Source: Nemertoderma westbladi
Taxonomy: Eukaryota > Animalia > Xenacoelomorpha
Direction of reading: 5' to 3'
DNA length: 40,524 bases
Assembly: GCA_032718475.1 (NCBI GenBank)
Contig: JAUCBJ010004152.1
Location: forward strand, 1 to 40,524
In this document: positions 32,168 to 40,524 of the stretch, piece by piece
Numbering within the stretch: position 1 is the stretch's first letter
Layout: each line of letters starts with the position of its first letter
The notes under the pieces: model-generated
Told to the model about the DNA's origin: nothing
What the model saw: the letters and a program-made list of their open reading frames with translations, nothing else
The model's database searches: none
Made by a program: the position numbers and the translations under genes

Positions 32168-33046
32168 TAAACACATATCTGTTAATATGATAAACTTAAA
32201 AATTTCATAACGTTGAGACAGGGTATCCCAATGAAAAGATGACAATAAAAGTTTATGTCAAACTACGAGACGGGGGGGGGGGGGGTCTGCAGTCCGCACT
32301 CGAGTCAAAACCGGTAGATATTAAAGAGTCGAAAGCTGATATAACTAGCCATCGTATAATTACAATTGTTTGTTAAAAGACCCTCCCGCAATATGACTTG
32401 TGTTAATCCCATATACTTGGACAATTATTACGATGGTCACAAAATGTAATTTATTTTCATTGTTGAGCTGAGGCTTCCCCACTACATGGCTCGCACCACA
32501 ATATGAAACGATTAGTGGTACATCGAGACATTATTATCAGAAAAAATGCATCGTAACACGTTATACCGGCGGTTGAGTAAGTTGTGAACGAAGCTCCCAG
32601 TCCAGACCAAATTGAATTACTTTATCGCTTCGCCATAGACAAACCGGTAAAGATAAAATACAATATATCAGTGATTGCATTTGGGCGTCATCTTATATTG
32701 TCACCATAAATCACCATGAGTGTACACACAGCACGTACATTGTCATACGTACATGAATATTACTGAAAATAAATATTTATATAAAATAAAGTGTGAGGGT
32801 ACAGTTCAATTGAGGTCATCAAAATACAATTAAAAAATAATTCAACATAAATAATACAGGGCAGAAACCCAACCCCCCCCCCCCCCCCCCCCATTTTTGG
32901 TAAACTACCACCCACCCATTAATTCTTCCCAATTACTGACGTTATAAACAAGAGTGATAAACTGCTAAAACTAGTTGTCCGAATGTTATTGATATAAGTT
33001 AACTAAATAATTACAATGAGTTACTCTTTGTTACACAATATTTACT

Positions 33047-33522
33047 TTACATCACTTGTACTGCCGCTCTACTCTCACTCACTGCCGTACTACGCCGCTC
33101 ATAGAACGGTCTACATTCCTTTTCAACAGTTTCCTTGGATACAACGATCTTGACGACGTCCGACCCTGGTACGTCATACATACTCTGTAGAAGCAAACGT
33201 TCTAGAATAGCTCGTAAGCTACGCGCCCCGGTCCGTGTTACTATGGCTTTATTGGCGACGGCGGCTAAGGCATCGCTAGTGAACTCCAACTCGACCTGGT
33301 CCTGTATTCGGAACAGCATCCGGTACTGGTTGAGAAGGGCGTCCTTGGGTTGGGTGAGTATCGCGACCAGATGGTCCACAGTCAGCGGGTGCAGTGCCAC
33401 CCGTACCGGTAGGCGACCCATAAACTCAGGGATCAACCCGAAGTCTATAAAGTCTTGAGTTTCGGCTTTCTGAAGGAGAAGATCGCGCTGGTCTTTGTCG
33501 TCTAAATAATCCTGAGATCCGC
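33047..33522 (-). CDS. CLPX: Mitochondrial ClpX-like AAA+ ATPase, last coding exon
   Basis: DFIDFGLIPEFMGRLPV..ILTQPKDALLNQY..TGARSLRAILERLLLQSMYDVPGS. AG acceptor at 33524-33523, phase 1. Confidence 0.92.
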
Positions 33523-33556
33523 CTTAAAGTGAAAATAAATTCGATTTTGTAGTAAA

Positions 33557-33660
33557 GGGGCCGTCCGTAAATTACGTGACGCAGGGTGGGAGGGGGGGGG
33601 GGTGTCAGATATTTTGTGGGGAAGAAGGGGGGGGGGGGTCATTCGTTTTGTGATTGACCA
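33557..33660 (+). mobile_element. Probable MITE terminus remnant in the ClpX intron
   Basis: GGGGCCGTCCGTAAATTACGTGACGC followed by G runs resembles the termini of common invertebrate non-autonomous DNA elements. No partner TIR found. Confidence 0.35.
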
Positions 33661-34681
33661 ATTTATTTAGATGAGTTAAAGGAAGATGAGATACGTCCAC
33701 ATCCATTGTCGATCCCCCCCGTAAGCTCATTTTCGCCTAATTTAATTAACATTTATTTTTTACTCACTTATGTAATTAAATTTGTTTCACTCTCAAATAA
33801 TTTAAACTTATATTTTCCCAATGACCAGTCAGTATATTCGTAACACAGAACGCCACGCCTGCTTTAAATGAATACAGTTTATACAGCCAGTGGCGTTTTA
33901 GTATTAGTATTAGTATTAGTATATACACCAATTGGGCGGACAATAATTATTATTGTGTTTAGATTTAGAACAACGACTAACTATACTACAGGTAGTATTA
34001 TAGTAGTTCCTTGGTTTAGACTTTTATTAATAAATTATCCAAATTAGACAATTAAATAATTTTTGTTGGACGGGTCCGTATTAACGGTCATAATTGACAG
34101 GTGGAAATATATTGTTCGGTCAGATAAAGTTACTGCGGTTCATTATACGTTCCTTAGGATTGCAGTACGACTACACTTAGGTGTTCTCGGTAGTTTTAAA
34201 AATCCCTCTAAGACATAGTCTTGCAGCCTAAATAAAGAAATACCCAACATTTGACTTCTGGTTGACCAAATTTTCAGCCAGTCCAAAGACCTTAAAGTAG
34301 AAGACATTTTTCGTCTGTTAATTCCGCAGTCGCAGTCGACGATAAAATTATTTATCGGCAATAAAATACGGAATTTATTTGTGATAAATCGTAATAAAAA
34401 TAGTAAATGTAGCCAGGGCGTATCTCTGCCTTGCATCCTCCTTAAGTGGTAGCTAAATGAGTACTAGAGTTTCCTCTGGGGAGTAAAGTTCTGGGGGGAC
34501 CGCACTGGAAATAAGTCGTCAGACTTTGTGCGTAATCCCTGGCCTAGTGGCCGAAGAAAATTTACTTTTACTTTTATGTACGGTTGTCATAGTTACGGTT
34601 GTCATAGTTGTTATTATTCTGTTTTTGGTGTGAATTTCTTTATTTATTAAATTGTTTTAGTTTATTTTAAAAATTATCTAC

Positions 34682-34820
34682 CTTTTGATCCAAATCCAAT
34701 ATTTCTCTTATCAATTCTTCTCGCGATAACTTTATCAAGGTCCGAGAAAGCGCCGCTGGCAATAAATAAGATATTCGACGTATCAATGGTAACCTCGCCT
34801 CCAGAACTTCTTCCTGGGAG
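34682..34820 (-). CDS. CLPX: ClpX penultimate exon
   Basis: [39 protein letters not shown]. 139 nt, phase-compatible with the last exon. Upstream ATPase exons not seen in the window. Confidence 0.88.
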
Positions 34821-36051
34821 CTATGGAATGTAAACCAATACCGCTAGGTGGTTCCAACTCCCTGTAATCCCAAGACTCGTGGTCTCCCGCTAAACGGCGC
34901 TGATAAACCTCTCCCACGGTTAGAACTTTCGTTGTGAGTTTCTTGAACGGCCGGCCGCGGTTCCTCTTCTTGAGTAAACCTGAGTAAATGAATTTAAATA
35001 ATAAGTTAATTAATAAGTGAAGCCTTCTTATAGTAAGTCTAGCTCCGTCGTAATTATATACGGGATTATAATAAATAAATTACCTTTCTTGTAATCGTCC
35101 CTGGTCCCGAAACACTTTAATATATTTGATTGCGAACGGCCATTAATTATGGTAATGAAAGAATAGGCCTAATCAACTCAACTAAAATAATTATATACTT
35201 AATGGTGGAGACAGAGCTAGTATATTGTCAGCAGCAGCGGCGCTCTATTACAAAGTTAAAGTAAAAAAAATGTCTGGAACGAATGACCTGTGTCTTTTAA
35301 GTGACTCCAATAATAAGGCGGTCAATCAACTTATAATTATATTAGTTCAGTAGTTGTGGTTAACAAGCAAAGGCAATGTATACAGAGTCGAGCTCAATAG
35401 CAAAGCAATATACAGTATGTCCTTGTGGGTTGATTAGGCCTGGCGCCGGCCTGTTGGTTAGTTTCCATGGAAATATGTTCTAGAATACTAAATGATTTGC
35501 CTTGAGTGAACCAAACCAACCACCCACACAATGCTGAAGCACAGCGCATTGTATCCCAGCCGTCCAGCCCAGCCCGGCTGGCGCCTCGTACAATACAATG
35601 CAAGCAGCTCAGCTCAATATTGCCTGTAAATTCTCTTGTAAATATTTTCCAACTCAATAAATAATTACACTTGAAATGCACTATAGAGGGGTGGGGAGGT
35701 GTTAGCGATGTCGCCAGGCGATTCTGAGTGTTTTTGGTGATCATTTCCTTAAAACCTATTTTTTATGCTCTATCTCGTGGTGTCGGTTAGAACGCGCGAA
35801 AGCGAAAATCGATGGTCATTTTTGAAAAAAATCGGAAGTTATTTGACAAAATTATGGCTAATTTTGGGAAGGGCTTTTGGAATGGCAATTTATTATTTAA
35901 TACAGTTGAATATTTGGCTGATGTTAAGTTCAATAACCCCGGCAATTAAATGTAAATGACAAGTTATTTCGGTAAATTATCGCTAATTTTGGGAAGGGCT
36001 TTTGTGTTGGCAATTAAATTGAAATGAAAGGTGTTCTTACGAGAATTTGAA

Positions 36052-36211
36052 TTAATAACGAGTGCCCTACATAACGGCGCAGTGCACTTAATAACGAGTG
36101 TACTTCATAACGGTGCAGTGCACTTTATAACGGCGCAGTGCACTTCATAAAGGTGTAGTGCACTTCATAAAAGTGGTAGTAGTGCACTTCATAACCATTG
36201 CAGTGCACTTA
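36052..36211. repeat. ~20-bp minisatellite (ATAACGGCGCAGTGCACTTC-like)
   Basis: About 8 degenerate copies. Confidence 0.85.
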
Positions 36212-36229
36212 ATGTTATATGCTGTATTT

Positions 36230-37315
36230 AATGTTATTGGCTATAGTACATGCTATGCTATATGCTATGCTATATGCTATGCTATCTGCTATATATTATA
36301 TGTTATATGTTATATATTATGCTATATGCCATGTTATGCTATATGCTATAGTATATACAATGTTATATGCTATATGTTATGTTATATGATATAGTACATG
36401 CTATGTTATATGCTAGATGCTATATGCTATACGTCATATGCTATATGTTATATGTAATGGTATATGCCATGTTATGCTATATGTTATGGTAAATACAATG
36501 TTATATGCTATATTTTGTAATATGCTATAGTACATGATATGCTATATGCTATGCTATATGATATAGTACAAGCTATGCTATATGCTATATTTTGTAATAT
36601 GCTATAGTACATGATATGCTATATGCTATGCTATATGATATAGTACAAGCTATGCTATATGATATGCTATATGCTATGCTGTATGCTATGCTATATGCTA
36701 TGGTATATACAATATTATATGCTATATTTTATGTTATATGCTATATTTTATGTTATATGCTATAGTACATGCTATGCTATATGCTATGCTATGCTATGCT
36801 ATGCTATGCTATGCTATGCTATATGCTATGCTATATGCTATGCTATATGCTATGCTATATGATATGCTATATGCTATGCTATATGCTATGCTATATGCTG
36901 TGCTATATGCAATGCTATATGCAATGCTATATGCTATGCTACATGCTATGATATGATATGCTATGCTATGCTATGCTATATGCTATGCTACATGCTATGC
37001 TATATGATATGCTATATACAATGTTATATGCTATATGTTGTTATATGATATAGTATATGCTATGCTATATGCTATGATATATGCTATAGTACATGCTATG
37101 CTATATGCTATATGCTATGCTATATGCTATATGCTACATGCTATATGCTATGCTACATGCTATATGCTATGCTATATGCTATATGCTATATGCTATATGC
37201 TATATGCTATATGCTTTATGCTATATGCTATATGCTATATGCTATGCTATATGCTATGCTATATGCTACGCTATATGCTATATGCTATATGTCATATCCT
37301 ATATGCTATATGCTA
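36230..37315. repeat. Compound (ATGCT)n/(ATATGCT)n microsatellite
   Basis: Read directly from the sequence. Confidence 0.95.
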
Positions 37316-40300
37316 TTTTCGAATTGACTCACTTTCGAATTGACATTTTGACATGTCATTATGTCAAATGTCACTTTCGAATTGATATTTTGACATGTCA
37401 TTTTGCCAAAATGTCACTTTCGAATTGACATTTTGACATGTCATTGTGTCAAAATTTCATTTTCAAATTGACATTTTGACATGTCATTTTGCCAAAATGT
37501 CACTTTCAAATTGAAACTTTGACATGTCATTTTGCCAAAATGTCACTCTCAAATTGACATTTTGACATGTCATTTTGCCAAAATGTCACTTTCGAATTGA
37601 CATTTTGACATGTCATTTTGCCAAAATGTCAATGTGTCAATATGTCACTTTCAAATTGACATTTTGACATGTGATTTTGCCAAAATGTCACTTTCAAATT
37701 GACATTTTGACATGTCATTTTGCCAAAATGTCAATGTGTCAATATGTCACTTTCGAATAGACACTTTGACATGTCATTTTGCCAATATGTCACTTTCAAA
37801 TTGACATTTTGACATGTCATTTTGCCAAAATGTCACTTTCGAATTGACATTTTGACATGTCATTTTGCCAAAATGTCACTTTCGAATTGACATTTTGACA
37901 TGTCATTTTGCCAAAATGTCAGTTTCAAATTGACATTTTGACATGTCATTTTGCCAAAATGTCACTTTCAAATTGACATTTTGACATGTCATTTTGCCAA
38001 AATGTCACTTTCAAATTGAAACTTTGACATGTCATTTTGCCAAAATGTCACTCTCAAATTGACATTTTGACATGTCATTTTGCCAAAATGTCACTTTCGA
38101 ATTGACATTTTGACATGTCATTTTGCCAAAATGTCAATGTGTCAATATGTCACTTTCAAATTGACATTTTGACATGTCATTTTGCCAAAATGTCACTTTC
38201 GAATTGACATTTTGACCTGACATGTCATTTTGCCAAAATGTCAGTTTCAAATTGACATTTTGACATGTCATTTTGCCAAAATGTCACTTTCAAATTGACA
38301 TTTTGACATGTCATTTTGCCAAAATGTCACTTTCAAATTGAAACTTTGACATGTCATTTTGCCAAAATGTCACTCTCAAATTGACATTTTGACATGTCAT
38401 TTTGCCAAAATGTCACTTTCGAATTGACATTTTGACATGTCATTTTGCCAAAATGTCAATGTGTCAATATGTCACTTTCAAATTGACATTTTGACATGTG
38501 ATTTTGCCAAAATGTCACTTTCAAATTGACATTTTGACATGTCATTTTGCCAAAATGTCAATGTGTCAAAATGTCACTTTCAAATTGACACTTTGACATC
38601 TCATTTTGCCAAAATGTCACTTTCAAATTGACATTTTGACATGTCATTTTGCCAAAATGTCACTTTCAAATTGACATTTTGACATGTCATTCTGCCAAAA
38701 TGTCACTTTCAAATTGACATTTTGCCAAAAAGTCAGTTTCGAATTGACATTTTGACCTGACATGTCATTTTGCCAAAATGTCAGTTTCAAATTGACATTT
38801 TGACATGTCATTTTGTCAAAATGTCACTTTCAAATTGACACTTTGACATCTCATTTTGCCAAAATGTCACTTTCAAATTGACATTTTGACATGTCATTTT
38901 GCCAAAATGTCACTTTCAAATTGACATTTTGACATGTCATTCTGCCAAAATGTCACTTTCAAATTGACATTTTGACATGTCATTTTGCAAAAATGTAACA
39001 TTGCAATTGACATTTTGACATGTCATTTTGCCATAATGTCATTTTGCCAAAATGTCATTTTCAAATTGACATTTTGACATGTCATTTTGCCAAAATGTCA
39101 CTTTCGAATTGACATTTTGACCTGACATGTCATTTTGCCAAAAAGTCAGTTTCGAATTGACATTTTGACCTGACATGTCATTTTGCCAAAATGTCAGTTT
39201 CAAATTGACATTTTGACATGTCATTTTGCCAAAATGTCACTTTCGAAATGACATTTTGACATGTCATTTTGCCAAAATGTCAATTTGTCAATATGTCACT
39301 TTCAAATTGACATTTTGACATGTCATTTTGCCAAAATGTCACTTTCGAATTGACATTTTGACATGTCATTTTGCCAAAATGTCACTTTCGAATTGACATT
39401 TTGACATGTCATTTTGCCAAAATGTCAGTTTCAAATTGACATTTTGACATGTCATTTTGCCAAAATGTCACTTTCAAATTGACATTTTGACATGTCATTT
39501 TGCCAAAATGTCACTTTCAAATTGAAACTTTGACATGTCATTTTGCCAAAATGTCACTCTCAAATTGACATTTTGACATGTCATTTTGCCAAAATGTCAC
39601 TTTCGAATTGACATTTTGACATGTCATTTTGCCAAAATGTCAATGTGTCAATATGTCACTTTCAAATTGACATTTTGACATGTCATTTTGCCAAAATGTC
39701 ACTTTCGAATTGACATTTTGACCTGACATGTCATTTTGCCAAAATGTCAGTTTCAAATTGACATTTTGACATGTCATTTTGCCAAAATGTCACTTTCAAA
39801 TTGACATTTTGACATGTCATTTTGCCAAAATGTCACTTTCAAATTGAAACTTTGACATGTCATTTTGCCAAAATGTCACTCTCAAATTGACATTTTGACA
39901 TGTCATTTTGCCAAAATGTCACTTTCGAATTGACATTTTGACATGTCATTTTGCCAAAATGTCAATGTGTCAATATGTCACTTTCAAATTGACATTTTGA
40001 CATGTGATTTTGCCAAAATGTCACTTTCAAATTGACATTTTGACATGTCATTTTGCCAAAATGTCAATGTGTCAAAATGTCACTTTCAAATTGACACTTT
40101 GACATCTCATTTTGCCAAAATGTCACTTTCAAATTGACATTTTGACATGTCATTTTGCCAAAATGTCACTTTCAAATTGACATTTTGACATGTCATTCTG
40201 CCAAAATGTCACTTTCAAATTGACATTTTGCCAAAAAGTCAGTTTCGAATTGACATTTTGACCTGACATGTCATTTTGCCAAAATGTCAGTTTCAAATTG

Positions 40301-40524
40301 ACATTTTGACATGTCATTTTGTCAAAATGTCACTTTCAAATTGACACTTTGACATCTCATTTTGCCAAAATGTCACTTTCAAATTGACATTTTGACATGT
40401 CATTTTGCCAAAATGTCACTTTCAAATTGACATTTTGACATGTCATTCTGCCAAAATGTCACTTTCAAATTGACATTTTGACATGTCATTTTGCAAAAAT
40501 GTAACATTGCAATTGACATTTTGA
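37316..40524. repeat. 43-bp palindrome-rich satellite with a 1506-bp higher-order duplication (runs off window)
   Basis: Unit TTGACATTTTGACATGTCATTTTGCCAAAATGTCACTTTC(A/G)AA. Rare variants recur 1506 bp apart. Confidence 0.95.

Noticed and set aside
33047-34820. Bacterial clpX or contamination
   Set aside because: Split by a phase-compatible GT-AG intron and embedded among eukaryotic repeats.
36158-39224. ORFs such as MLCYMLYA.. and MTCQNVN..
   Set aside because: Translations of microsatellite and satellite DNA.

Overview
AT-rich eukaryotic (probably invertebrate animal) genomic DNA dominated by nested transposable elements. In order: a degenerate THAP/P-element-like DNA transposon (<1-3166); a decayed RTE-like LINE (~4560-6060); a (CTAAT)n microsatellite; LTR element A (6716-13809, minus strand, CTGGC TSD, gag-only, with a hairpin-array non-coding region); a CAGGG-ended MITE (13903-29620) split by LTR element B; a two-exon secreted fibrinogen-related gene; the last exons of a mitochondrial ClpX gene; and a satellite block running off the window end. 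Element B (14032-28790, TATTT TSD) is a young BEL/Pao element. Its intact 2345-aa ORF encodes Gag, protease and integrase but no RT/RNase H. It has TA...TA termini, a tRNA-like Pol III cassette in each LTR and an extra zinc-knuckle ORF. Most interesting signal: neither LTR element has a tRNA primer-binding site. In both, the bases just inside the 5' LTR boundary are the reverse complement of a segment in their own LTR, in the register needed to prime minus-strand DNA. This suggests tRNA-independent self-priming in non-autonomous BEL/Pao-type elements (inference). All calls come from manual reading; no searches or folding were run.
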